Virus record (IMG/VR): IMGVR_UViG_3300043427_003402
Length of the DNA: 64,000 nt
From: a virus
Strand: one strand, 5' to 3'
This document shows positions 37,316 to 46,993 of the stretch, piece after piece (the stretch's first letter is position 1; each line of letters begins with the position of its first letter). The notes under the pieces were generated by a model. It saw only the letters and a program-made list of their open reading frames with translations. It had not been told where the DNA came from and did not search any database. The translations under genes and the position numbers were made by a program.

Positions 37316-38167
37316 TTAGAGATTTAGGTCTTTTTTGTAGTTATGGTGCAGCATAGCAGCAGCTGCCTCACCCACAACCGGCGCGAAGGGCCCAGTGGGG
37401 AGCGCCAATGTGGAGGTCCCAAGCGACGTCAAGTATGGGTGCTTAACGACAAAAGGAAGCTCGCCAGACCGCCCTTGCGCTTTCTCGCGGTCAGCGTAAT
37501 GCGAACGCGCGGTGTAGTGCAATACAGGCGCGGCGCCATACATTGCACCCGCAGCGGCAAACGGGCCGCCCACCAGCGAGGCGGGTATTCCCAGTGCGTA
37601 ACGGGTAGCGTACGGGTGGTTTAAGGCGAAAGACTCGACTTTATCCTGAAAAGAAGGTTCCGTAGCCGTAGGCGAGGAGGCTTCAGCCGGGACAACCGCC
37701 GTCTCGGCCGCAATCTTAGCCATCGCAAATTGGTACCCTGCAGCGTACGCTGCGTCTAGCCGCTGGTTGTACATTTGACCCGTCCTTTCGGTTGCTGAGC
37801 TCATTTTCTGTAAAGCAAACGGGTCTGTCGCGCCGTACGCCTGCTCTACCGCCTTGCGCTTGTTATCGACGTCGTTGTGCCCCTTCATGGCGCCCGCGCC
37901 CAAGCCCACAAGTCCGCCAGCGCCGGCCATACCGAGCGTGCCGCGGAACCCCGCGTTGTGCTTACGGAGCAAGATACCTGTACCTATGCCCACCGCGCTA
38001 CCTACGGCGCCGCCCTCTAAAATACCTTTCGCGTAGTGCGGCGTGGGATTTATGACCACGTCAGTAGGGTCGTCCTCGTGACGCGCGAATGAAAACTGGC
38101 TCGCGGCCTTAAGGCCCGTGTTTTGCGTTTGCAAGCTGCTTACGGCTAAAGATCCAAGAGTGTGCAC
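37316..38167 (-). CDS. glycine-zipper protein, HPY family, modular
   Basis: GGAVGSAVGIG, GAGGLVGLGAG; two HPY repeats; KAAS/KMSS/KIAA sites. Confidence 0.65.
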   Translation of the reverse strand: MHTLGSLAVSSLQTQNTGLKAASQFSFARHEDDPTDVVINPTPHYAKGILEGGAVGSAVGIGTGILLRKHNAGFRGTLGMAGAGGLVGLGAGAMKGHNDVDNKRKAVEQAYGATDPFALQKMSSATERTGQMYNQRLDAAYAAGYQFAMAKIAAETAVVPAEASSPTATEPSFQDKVESFALNHPYATRYALGIPASLVGGPFAAAGAMYGAAPVLHYTARSHYADREKAQGRSGELPFVVKHPYLTSLGTSTLALPTGPFAPVVGEAAAAMLHHNYKKDLNL

Positions 38168-38240
38168 CGCGTCGCCTCCTAAGGTTGCACGAGCCAGCGG
38201 TAGGCCGGCTCGTGCGCTGTGCCGTTTTACTTATCTATTG

Positions 38241-39020
38241 CTAGATCAGCCCCATCTGCCGCAACGCGAATTGCTGGCCCAGATAGGCGGCGGCCTTAAC
38301 TTCGTCGCCCGCGGGCTGCATCATCTGATGTACACCGTAACCGAGCCCGCCAGCCGCCGCGACTCCCAGACCGGCGATGCCAGCGCGCTCCAAACGGCTC
38401 CGATTATGCCACAAGGCGTCAGCGGCCTGCGAACCGAGACTGCGAACCGCGGGCGTATGGCTCTGTGGGCCCGGTACTTTTTTGTTTGCTTCTTGGCGGA
38501 TTTCAAGCATGTCTTGCAGCACCTGCTGCTTTTCTTGCTCCTTTAGAAACGCGTCTTGGCGCTGCTGTAAACTCTTGGGGCTAACCGGCTGCCGCTTAAT
38601 TACATTGCCATTCGCGTCGTACTGCCCGCGTTCAGGCGCACTCAGGTTCTCTTTCATTTTGTTAATTGCGAATTGGCGCTGTTCTTCGGTCAGCGCCTGC
38701 TTGTTCATCATGTAAACGTACTCGGCGAACTTGATCGCTTCGTCCACCACAGCGGCGGCCTTCACGTCAGCCTGCATCTGCATCGAGGGCGAAGAGCCAG
38801 GGGCAGGAGTCGAGTAGCCGGCTCCGGCGTCAGCCGAACCCGAGATCAGCGCCATAGCCTGCATGTTAGCGCGGTTTTGTGCCAAGGCGGACGACGTTGC
38901 CTCGACAGCGTCGCTGTCCATGTGCCCGCTGTTCACGCCCATGCCCACTTGCCCTGGAATCAAGGCATCAGACGCCTGCTTCGACAGCAGGTCTACGTAC
39001 AGATCGTAAGGGGTTGTCAT
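38241..39020 (-). CDS. predicted head/ejection protein with leader and one hydrophobic helix
   Basis: MTTPYDLYVDLLSKQAS leader; KAAA, KQAL; AGIAGLGVAAAGGLGYG. Confidence 0.65.
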   Translation of the reverse strand: MTTPYDLYVDLLSKQASDALIPGQVGMGVNSGHMDSDAVEATSSALAQNRANMQAMALISGSADAGAGYSTPAPGSSPSMQMQADVKAAAVVDEAIKFAEYVYMMNKQALTEEQRQFAINKMKENLSAPERGQYDANGNVIKRQPVSPKSLQQRQDAFLKEQEKQQVLQDMLEIRQEANKKVPGPQSHTPAVRSLGSQAADALWHNRSRLERAGIAGLGVAAAGGLGYGVHQMMQPAGDEVKAAAYLGQQFALRQMGLI

Positions 39021-39150
39021 TTTGTAGCTTCCTCCACAGTCAGCTTTGTATGTGCAATCACGTCACCAGAGAGATTATCGAACCGTGATCAAATTGCACA
39101 TTTTGGGGCCCTTTTAAATTGAGTAAAAGTGTAAATCCGGAGCGTACTGG

Positions 39151-39723
39151 TCATAACAAAGGCGAAACAAGCTTCGATCCGACATCCGCGGCCTGCAGCA
39201 GTGGCATGAAGGGCGCAGAACGCGTTTTTGTCATAGACTCTTGCGTGCGCACCAGTTCCATATACGTTGTGTGGTCGACGCCGTCGTAGTTCAACATGCG
39301 TTTAATTAAGGAGCCGGCGACGATGTGGTCTTTTGCGACGTCCGGCGCGGCGCGGGAGATGGACACGAAAAGCTCGCGCACGCGGCTTGGCTCTTCGCGC
39401 GCCAGTTCAGGGTAGCGCTGCAGCATGTCCTTGTAGGCGGAGTTTAACTGCATCTGCGAAACACTCGCCGCACCGCCTAACATAGCACCTGCCGCTGCAG
39501 TTGCGGTGCCCAACGCCATCAACCCGTGCCCGGGCATAAAAGCGCTCCGCGCGTTAGCCGGCAAAGACCTCGGAAAGTTACGGTTCAGGAGCATACCTGC
39601 ACCGGCAAGGAGCCCGCCGCCTATACCGCCTGTAAGGAGGCTTGGAATAGCCGCCGAGACTGGCGACGCGTAAGCGGTAATCGGAGCGTGTGTTACGCTG
39701 GGCAACTGACGGTCGTTATACAT
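39151..39723 (-). CDS. predicted virion protein with two Gly/Ala-rich hydrophobic segments
   Basis: GGIGGGLLAGAG and LALGTATAAAGAMLGG-like segments; APDVAKD motif. Confidence 0.65.
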   Translation of the reverse strand: MYNDRQLPSVTHAPITAYASPVSAAIPSLLTGGIGGGLLAGAGMLLNRNFPRSLPANARSAFMPGHGLMALGTATAAAGAMLGGAASVSQMQLNSAYKDMLQRYPELAREEPSRVRELFVSISRAAPDVAKDHIVAGSLIKRMLNYDGVDHTTYMELVRTQESMTKTRSAPFMPLLQAADVGSKLVSPLL

Positions 39724-40495
39724 CTGCGCTCACTCCATTCTTTGCCGCCCGTATTGCGGCGTTAATTTTTGCAAGTTTTGCTTGGGCCTCACCCGTCGTC
39801 TGCGCTAGCGCCACCAACTTCGCGCTCGCGGCCTTCATGTGTTCAAAATCTCTCAGCGCCTGCGGCACCAACATCGCGATCGTCTGCCCGACCATTTCTT
39901 GCCGCTGGCTAGCCGCCTTCTCCAACACCGCCTCCAGCATCGACGCGACGGGGCCGCCGCACGCGTTCAATAGCTGCTGAAATTCAGCGGTCTTCTCCAA
40001 GCCCAACCGTTTGATCAAGTGCGCTTGGTGGCTCATCTTTTCCATTCCCAGACGAATTTCAGTGAGGCCAGTTTGGATCGCCGCCTCGCACGCAACCTTA
40101 TCTCGGTGCAGCTGCTGCTGTACGGCTCGGGTGTAGTCCACGGACGTAATGTTTTCAGTAGTAACGGACGCTGTCTTGGACCGCAGCTCTTCGCCTTCTC
40201 CTCGCGCCACCTTCACGGGCAGCGCCGCGGGTACTGACCGAGTAGCCAGCTTGGCTTGTGCCAGCTTGACAGCGGCAGCGTCTGCAATTGCAGGCTCGTC
40301 GTGACGGTCGAGCTGCATCGCGGTCTTAAAACTATGCCGGTTGACGCACGCAGTTAGCGCGTCAGTCACCTTCGGGCTGTAGCCGTGGTCGGAGGCGTAT
40401 TTCGCAACCAGCTCGTTTATGTCGCCGCCAGACGATCGGTGATTCTCGACGATGCACTGCGCGTCGGCCATGAGCTGAGGCTTAATATCCGGCAT
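39716..40495 (-). CDS. predicted head core protein, rich in K-x-A sites
   Basis: KLAQ, KVAR, KTAS, EKTAE, EKAAS, KAAS. Confidence 0.65.
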   Translation of the reverse strand: MPDIKPQLMADAQCIVENHRSSGGDINELVAKYASDHGYSPKVTDALTACVNRHSFKTAMQLDRHDEPAIADAAAVKLAQAKLATRSVPAALPVKVARGEGEELRSKTASVTTENITSVDYTRAVQQQLHRDKVACEAAIQTGLTEIRLGMEKMSHQAHLIKRLGLEKTAEFQQLLNACGGPVASMLEAVLEKAASQRQEMVGQTIAMLVPQALRDFEHMKAASAKLVALAQTTGEAQAKLAKINAAIRAAKNGVSADV

Positions 40496-40539
40496 AGTTA
40501 AAGACCTCGTTTCAGAAGGGGTCTTTTGAATTATGCGCC

Positions 40540-40920
40540 TTACCAGCCGCGGTTCTTTGTGCTGATCCTTTTGGTGTCAACGATGGGCGCGTTGATGATC
40601 TCCGCGCGGTCTACGTCGTCTTCTGCGTACTTAGCGATGCCTTTTTGGCGCATGTGCTTGTAAATAATCTGCGCCAGACTGTTATACACTTGGTGCACGC
40701 TCTCTGAATCGACTTCAAACACCATATCTTCGCGCGTGTTACCTTCCTCGTCAGCACGAAACACCACGACTACTTCGTTATCGGAGCAGACGAACTTTTC
40801 GATCGCTGTATAAGGAATCACTTCTCCGCGGAAGCGCAAACCATTGTGACCCAGTTCGGGCGGAAGGTCGTGGCCGACGATCGGCAACGCAAACGTAGAG
40901 AGATCCATTGGACTTGCCAT
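40540..40920 (-). CDS. hypothetical protein
   Basis: 126-aa ORF, AAGGAG/AAAGG RBS, divergent from terminase. Confidence 0.6.
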   Translation of the reverse strand: MASPMDLSTFALPIVGHDLPPELGHNGLRFRGEVIPYTAIEKFVCSDNEVVVVFRADEEGNTREDMVFEVDSESVHQVYNSLAQIIYKHMRQKGIAKYAEDDVDRAEIINAPIVDTKRISTKNRGW

Positions 40921-40989
40921 TTGACCTTTACTCCTTATAAAAGACGTGTTAGGATGACCCTTGCCAGTATACGCAGCAGCGAGAAGCGA

Positions 40990-43839
40990 ATGTCAACTAG
41001 CGATGATGCTTCAAAGACGGTTGTTACGACAGACCGTATGCGGATTGCGGAAGGTAATTTTTACCTAAAAGGTAAACCTTTTTCGCTTAACCAGCACCCG
41101 CCGTTCCGCGCTATATACCAAATTCAAGCGCCGAAGCTGGTTATATGCAGTGGGAGACAAGTTGGGAAGACCGGAGTAGGCAGCGCGCTCGTTGGCTCTT
41201 GGAACGGCTTACCTAAACGGCTGGACCAGATGCAAATAGGCGACCGGGTGATTGCTATGTCCCCACGCCACGCTTTAGTTGAGGGCGTTGTAACTGGCAC
41301 CGTAGCGTCCGGCGATAAGCTCTGCGTACGCATCACGACGCGTATGGGCCACGTATTGGACGTCGCGCTGACCCACCCGATTCGCAGACTGCGGGACTAT
41401 TTGCCGGCCGGTAAAATTTCCGTCGGCGATCGCATAGCCGCAGTCCGCAAGGGCGGCAGCTTTACAGGTAGCAGTGAATTTACCGATGCAGACGTGAAGC
41501 TGCTGGGTTACGGCTTAGGCGATGGGCATTTCACAAGGAATACAATTAGTTTTGTAAATACCAAACCGTCCGTTCTGGCGGACTTTGAAAGCGCGGCCGA
41601 AGCATTAGGCGGCAGCTGTAAACGGTACCCGAAAAAGGGTACGCCTGCTACAGACATACGTGTTCGCGTGACGCCTGCCATTACGCGGTTAATTGCGGAC
41701 TGCGGCTTAGCGGAAACACGCTCAGCCACCAAATTCGTTCCTGACGCTGTTTTCGACTTGAGCCGCGAAAAGACAGCCCTTTTTATTAACCGGCTGTGGT
41801 CCTGCGACGGCACAGTCAAGCAAAACCGCCCTGGCCAGTACGACATAAGCTACTGTTCTATTTCAGAGCGCCTTGTGCGCGGGCTTCAGGCGCTTCTCTG
41901 GAAATTTGGTGTACCGACCTCGTGCCGCACAAAAATTCCGCCTACCTACGAGGGCACTGATAAGAAAGCCTACATTTTGCGTGTCGAGACACAAGAGGGC
42001 GTGCGACGTTTCCTGACAGAGATCGGGGCGCTTGGAAAAAGCGAAAACGTACCGTTACCGGCAGTTAACAGCAACAATAATCGCGACACTGTCCCGCAAG
42101 AAGTTCAGCTGTTGCTCGACAACATTTTTACGCGCACCGACGCGAAGCGGCTCACCGCAAACCGTGGCCACCACACCACAAAAGGCGTACGGCCTACCGA
42201 TCAAGGTTTGCGCCGTAAGCTCAAGTACCCACCCACTCCTGATAAGCTACTCGCGTACGTAGCGTTTTTCACAGAGCTAGGTCTCACAGACGACCCGGAC
42301 GTAGAGCTATTGCGCGACATCGCGACTGGCGACGTGGTTTGGGACGAGGTCGTCTCGGTCAAACCTATCGGCTCGCACCCTTGTTTCGACATTGAAGTTG
42401 CCGAATACCATAATTACGTGCTGAACGGCGTGGTTACTCATAACAGCACGTTGGCGAGCACTTTCACGGTCGCTGACGCAGTGGGTAACCCGTTTTGGGA
42501 GTCTTTAACCGTCCACCCATCCCTCGCGCAGTCGCGTCGATTCTCTAACATGCGTATTGCGCCCATTATTGACCAATCCCCCGCCATAAAAAAATACTTT
42601 TTCGACACCACGTGCAGGCACAACACGTCCGAGCGCAGCCTCAAGAACAACGCCGTGATGTATTTCGGCGCGATGAGCCAGATGGAGAACCTTCGTGGTT
42701 TGTCCGCCAACTCGGTAAACGAGGACGAGGTGCAGGACATGGTAGGCGAAGAACTGGCGATCGTGGAAGAGGTCATGTCCGGTCAGCACTCCTCGAAGCG
42801 CTTTGTTGTACGGACAGGCACAGCAAAAACTGTCGGTAACATTCTGGAATCGACATTCCGCGAATCTACGATGAACGAATGGATCGTGCCTTGTCCCTCC
42901 GGGCACTGGAATATCCCTTCCGTAGAGAACATTGGCCCGCACGGCTTCATCTGCAAAAAATGTAAAAGCCTCTGTGACGTACGCCAAGGGAAATGGCGCG
43001 CTATGCGGAAGGCAGAGGATGTTGCGTGGGTGGGCTTCCGTATTCCTCAGATAATCTTGCCCACGCACACCGAAGACCCTGGTGCGTGGAAAGAAATAAA
43101 CCACAAGCTGCACCACACTGACCCAGTGCAGTTCTCTAATGAAGTCATGGGGCACGCTGCGGGCTCGGGTATCAGCATCCTGACTGAGGACCACTTAAAA
43201 GCCTGCTGCCAGCCGGAATACGATATGATCGAGGACTACATCCCCACAAACGACCGCTACTACGCAGTATTTGCGACCATCGACTGGGGCCTCACCGCAC
43301 GCAAGTCTTTCACTGTCGTAGGGGTGTGGGGCATCGCAGAGGACCACCGGATCAGACTGATTTACGCTAAGCGCTACCAAGAAACGGACGTGCTGAAACA
43401 AGTGGAAGACATCGGGCACATCTGTTTACGGTTTGCTGTGGATATGGTCTGCGCGGACTGGGGCGCGGGCATTACACAGAGCAGGTTGTTAGAGCAGCAG
43501 TTGAACCGCTCGGTGAACCGTATGATGTACGTCAGCGAGCAGCACGAGTTGATTCGGTGGGACCCGCGCGGCGAGGTGTACAAGGTCAACCGCACGCAGG
43601 CCATGACTGAGACTTTCGTAAAGATGCGCATGGGGAATTTTCATTTCCCGCGCTGGCCGGAATTTCAGAAGTTTGCAAAAGACATTCTTGTCGTATACGA
43701 GGAGCCACTGGACGACAGAAACTCGAACGATAAAATAAAATACGACCATCCGGAGGATAAGCCTGACGACTTCACGCACGTGTGCGTCGGCGCTGTTCTA
43801 GCTGTGCACCTACTCACAGGGCAAGTCCGCAGCCGCTAG
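40990..43839 (+). CDS. terL: terminase large subunit (lambda gpA-like) with intein
   Basis: GRQVGK^ST Walker A, RGLSAN...EDEVQD Walker B, TGTAK motif III, CxxC Zn region, IDWG nuclease Asp, PDDFTH; start uncertain (40954 alternative). Confidence 0.9.
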   Translation: MSTSDDASKTVVTTDRMRIAEGNFYLKGKPFSLNQHPPFRAIYQIQAPKLVICSGRQVGKTGVGSALVGSWNGLPKRLDQMQIGDRVIAMSPRHALVEGVVTGTVASGDKLCVRITTRMGHVLDVALTHPIRRLRDYLPAGKISVGDRIAAVRKGGSFTGSSEFTDADVKLLGYGLGDGHFTRNTISFVNTKPSVLADFESAAEALGGSCKRYPKKGTPATDIRVRVTPAITRLIADCGLAETRSATKFVPDAVFDLSREKTALFINRLWSCDGTVKQNRPGQYDISYCSISERLVRGLQALLWKFGVPTSCRTKIPPTYEGTDKKAYILRVETQEGVRRFLTEIGALGKSENVPLPAVNSNNNRDTVPQEVQLLLDNIFTRTDAKRLTANRGHHTTKGVRPTDQGLRRKLKYPPTPDKLLAYVAFFTELGLTDDPDVELLRDIATGDVVWDEVVSVKPIGSHPCFDIEVAEYHNYVLNGVVTHNSTLASTFTVADAVGNPFWESLTVHPSLAQSRRFSNMRIAPIIDQSPAIKKYFFDTTCRHNTSERSLKNNAVMYFGAMSQMENLRGLSANSVNEDEVQDMVGEELAIVEEVMSGQHSSKRFVVRTGTAKTVGNILESTFRESTMNEWIVPCPSGHWNIPSVENIGPHGFICKKCKSLCDVRQGKWRAMRKAEDVAWVGFRIPQIILPTHTEDPGAWKEINHKLHHTDPVQFSNEVMGHAAGSGISILTEDHLKACCQPEYDMIEDYIPTNDRYYAVFATIDWGLTARKSFTVVGVWGIAEDHRIRLIYAKRYQETDVLKQVEDIGHICLRFAVDMVCADWGAGITQSRLLEQQLNRSVNRMMYVSEQHELIRWDPRGEVYKVNRTQAMTETFVKMRMGNFHFPRWPEFQKFAKDILVVYEEPLDDRNSNDKIKYDHPEDKPDDFTHVCVGAVLAVHLLTGQVRSR
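41170..42444 (+). mobile_element. intein with LAGLIDADG homing endonuclease (425 aa), Thr at position 1
   Basis: starts TGVGSALV...IGDRV, block B LTHP, LLGYGLGDG and FINRLWSCDG motifs, ends FDIEV..YHNY...VTHN before Ser+1. Confidence 0.9.
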
Positions 43840-43983
43840 CTAGGTGTCGATAAACCACTCCCAGTCGCAATCTGCGCACACGGCCACGTAGGCAGACATG
43901 CCAGTTTCAGCGTCCGTTTCTGGAAACTCAAACAAGTCTACGCTCCCACATTCCGGGCAGCAGAGGCGGTCTTTTTTGATCAT
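43840..43983 (-). CDS. 47-aa Zn-ribbon protein (below ORF-track cutoff)
   Basis: MIKKDRLCCPECGSVDLFEFPETDAETGMSAYVAVCADCDWEWFIDT*; stop abuts the terL stop. Confidence 0.6.
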   Translation of the reverse strand: MIKKDRLCCPECGSVDLFEFPETDAETGMSAYVAVCADCDWEWFIDT

Positions 43984-44101
43984 TGGACGGCAGGCGCTCC
44001 AAACTACGAACTAAACGGGCTCCCGCATCAGTTATCTACCCTGCACGTAGATAATTTCTACAGGTTTTACGGGCCCATACTTATACACGGGAGTCAGCTA
44101 A

Positions 44102-44818
44102 ATGCAAGAAGCCGAGCGCCGAATCGCAACTGGTGCATATTTTGCCAAGGTTGCGGCGCGTATAAAGACCGCGAGCGGCGGGCCTATGGGATTCGCTTGG
44201 ATAGGCGACGCGCCAGAAATTGGCCGCGCGTACCCTAACGAAAAGCTCGAAGCTGACTTTCAAATGCAGCACCCAATTATGTCCACTCTGCACCCCGGCG
44301 TGTACGGCGGCGCAGCTGTAGGCGGATTGGCGGGCTACGCCGCCCGTGGGCTACCTGGCGCAGCGGCTGGCGCGTCAATAGGCTTGCTCGCTGGCTCGCT
44401 TGGCGAAGGTGCGTTGCGGTACAGGCATTTGATGAACGCGCGCGAGCGCATGCTGGCGGGTAAAAATCCGGTCGACCCTAATTTGTCGCTGGACCAGTTC
44501 GGAAAGCACGCTAGCTTAGAGATGATCTCGGTCGTACCTTCTATGGGTGGGCACTTTGCCGACCATCGACTTGAGCAAGACTACGTTATGAAGCACCCTA
44601 CAACGTCTACGCTGCACCCCGGTATTTATCTGGGCGCCGCGGGCGGTGCTGCGCTAGGCGCGCTTCGCGGGCACGCGGCCACCGGCTTGCTACTCGGCGG
44701 GTCCGCCGGCATGCTGGCTGAAGGGGTGATGCGCGCGAATTACTTACTTGACGCTCGGCGTAAACTGCTGGCCAAGCAAAACCCCGTCGACACTCGGTTT
44801 TCTTTTAGCCAGTTTTAA
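44102..44818 (+). CDS. glycine-zipper protein with two tandem modules
   Basis: two copies of LExD(F/Y)xxxHPxxSTLHPG-Gly zipper-EGxxRxxxLxxARxxxLAxxNPVD, each preceded by KTAS/KHAS. Confidence 0.75.
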   Translation: MQEAERRIATGAYFAKVAARIKTASGGPMGFAWIGDAPEIGRAYPNEKLEADFQMQHPIMSTLHPGVYGGAAVGGLAGYAARGLPGAAAGASIGLLAGSLGEGALRYRHLMNARERMLAGKNPVDPNLSLDQFGKHASLEMISVVPSMGGHFADHRLEQDYVMKHPTTSTLHPGIYLGAAGGAALGALRGHAATGLLLGGSAGMLAEGVMRANYLLDARRKLLAKQNPVDTRFSFSQF

Positions 44819-44825
44819 TGGGCGC

Positions 44826-45968
44826 ATGCACAACTTCGATTTTCTCGAGTTCGATCCCAACCTCGTGCTGCCGACTGCACCGCCGAAGAGTAGCTACATT
44901 CGGTCGTTAGACACGTTTGTGGCGCTGACGCAGCGCTTTGCGGATGAGTGGAAGCTGGATGTGGTCCAGGATACTGAGGCGGCCGAACAGTTAAAGGTCG
45001 GCTACTACCCGGACAAAGCTTCGTTTGAGCCGTACGTCACGCATGGATTTTACGAGCGGTTACCCGCCGCGCACGGGTTGACTTTTCCTTATACACGTGA
45101 CGGGACCGTCACCATGCTCGTTATTAGCGAGATGTTGAACGAAACCGAGTTAGCCCAAGACACTCGTACTTACCTCTATGGGCAAGGCTACAACTTTTAT
45201 AGCCGTCAGGGGATATTTGGCGTCCACCGACTGCGCGGCAAGGGTCGTCGCGAGGTAGTGCTCACCGATAACGAGCTAGAGGTGTGTCGCACACCGAACG
45301 CTGTCGCCGTACAAGAGCTATGCGATTACTCCTTGAATTTGCTGGACCGCCGGGCCAAGCATATCGTGCTGCTAAGCGACAACCGAAACTGGTTAACGAA
45401 AATGATGAAGCTCAGCAAACTAGGCTTTGATATTTCGGTCGATAGCCAGCACGTACTGGAGTACGTTGCCAAGCAAATCAGTGACTTGGCGTTGTCGGGT
45501 ATTTCTGAGGCTAAGCTGGCGCGTAAAGCAGCGAAACTCCTGCGCTGCCTAACCGAGGTAGAGCAGACCGCCGTAGTTTCGGCTGTTGCCAAGTTCACCG
45601 GCGTAAGGGTGCCGACAGCCCTCGTGCGCGTCGATCGGCCCGACTACATCTCGGAGACGGCGTACTACGAGCAGGTAAAGTCGGTGCTGTTCACAGAAAT
45701 TACCCACGCTACGTTGACGCGCGACGTGGTGCTTCTAGGGTTAAAATCGGGCGCTGAGCAGCGGCTGCCGATTCAACCGAGCGCCGTGGCTGCCGTTATC
45801 TGCCCGCTGTTCGACGTGAAAGAGGACTTGGTTCAATGGTCCTATAACTACTTTAACGGGATACCGAAATCAGTCAGCGAGGCTGGCCCGAGCCGCTGGG
45901 CGCATAACTTAGCCATTGCGGAGCTGATACTGTCTATTTTAACCCGTCACGCAGATATTTTGGAGTAA
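44826..45968 (+). CDS. hypothetical protein with possible degenerate primase TOPRIM-like region
   Basis: LTFP..., IFGV, VVLTDNELE, NAVAV, IVLLSD follow DnaG motif order but lack EG and DxD; start MHNF. Confidence 0.5.
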   Translation: MHNFDFLEFDPNLVLPTAPPKSSYIRSLDTFVALTQRFADEWKLDVVQDTEAAEQLKVGYYPDKASFEPYVTHGFYERLPAAHGLTFPYTRDGTVTMLVISEMLNETELAQDTRTYLYGQGYNFYSRQGIFGVHRLRGKGRREVVLTDNELEVCRTPNAVAVQELCDYSLNLLDRRAKHIVLLSDNRNWLTKMMKLSKLGFDISVDSQHVLEYVAKQISDLALSGISEAKLARKAAKLLRCLTEVEQTAVVSAVAKFTGVRVPTALVRVDRPDYISETAYYEQVKSVLFTEITHATLTRDVVLLGLKSGAEQRLPIQPSAVAAVICPLFDVKEDLVQWSYNYFNGIPKSVSEAGPSRWAHNLAIAELILSILTRHADILE

Positions 45969-45971
45969 CAA

Positions 45972-46478
45972 ATGTCGGCATATAAAATGTATTTAGAGAC
46001 GCAAAAGTCTGCGAATATGCTTTCCACGATCGGCAACGCGCACACCACCGTGATGAACCCTGCAATGGCTGGCGGCGTCATAAACGCGCTCGGTTCAGGG
46101 CTTAAGAGCCTTGGTGGGTTTATTAAGGGTAAAACGACGGCTGGCGCGCGGCATGCTACCGGTAATTTTTTAGAGCGCGCAGGTAAAGGCTCCGAAAAAT
46201 TGGGCGAGTACACTTCCGATGTGGCGCACGGTATCCTGAACGCCGGCCCCGGAATCGAATACGACGCGTCGAAGCTGCCGTCGTTGATGGGTTTTGAGCA
46301 ACGCATCGGGACAGGTAAAAAAACAAAACTTACGGCGCAGCGCGGGCTTCTGTGGGCGGGCGGCGCCGTAGGTGCCGGAGAGGCCGCGGGCGCGCTGATG
46401 AAAGCTTTCAAGGGGCCCGAAAAGCAGGCCCGGGAAGACGCGGCGGCGCTGATCGCGTTCTGGGAGAATTCTGTATGA
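45972..46478 (+). CDS. predicted virion protein with leader and Gly-rich hydrophobic helix
   Basis: MSAYKMYLETQKSA leader; GGAG RBS. Confidence 0.65.
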   Translation: MSAYKMYLETQKSANMLSTIGNAHTTVMNPAMAGGVINALGSGLKSLGGFIKGKTTAGARHATGNFLERAGKGSEKLGEYTSDVAHGILNAGPGIEYDASKLPSLMGFEQRIGTGKKTKLTAQRGLLWAGGAVGAGEAAGALMKAFKGPEKQAREDAAALIAFWENSV

Positions 46479-46948
46479 GTATGTTCAGGGTGTTTCAATT
46501 GCAGCTGCGCAACATGGCGGCAGCGGCAGACAAATTCTTGCGGATGTCGCGCGAATCTTATCACGCCAACTTGGCGCTGATCGACGTGCTTAGCGAAAAG
46601 CGCTACGAGTATTTCGGGCTAGGCGAGGACATTCTGAGCAAGTCGCCGGAAGTAATCACCGAGAACGGAAAGCTGAGCGTAGCGCTTACCGCCCCAGGGC
46701 CCGGTACCGTAGTATTTCACACACGCACTGCGGCTTATGCGGTCTTGAACACCCGTGTGCTGCTGGAAGGAAAAGGCGTCTCATGGCAGTTAAAGAAGAC
46801 CTACGGCGCCTCAGCTGCGCAGCCGCCGGTGTTCTTCTCTAGCGGTCAGCTTCCGTTGCTGTCGGACAACATACAGCTAATCGTAGCCATACAGCCCGGT
46901 GGCGAGTTTACCGCTGCGGCTGTGCTGCAAGAAATCACCATGCTGTAG
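46475..46948 (+). CDS. hypothetical structural protein
   Basis: start reassigned to MSMFRV, ATGA overlap. Confidence 0.55.
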   Translation: MSMFRVFQLQLRNMAAAADKFLRMSRESYHANLALIDVLSEKRYEYFGLGEDILSKSPEVITENGKLSVALTAPGPGTVVFHTRTAAYAVLNTRVLLEGKGVSWQLKKTYGASAAQPPVFFSSGQLPLLSDNIQLIVAIQPGGEFTAAAVLQEITML

Positions 46949-46993
46949 GGGCAGCGCTATAATTACTAAGAGCGCGCCCGAGCGGAGGTTGGC

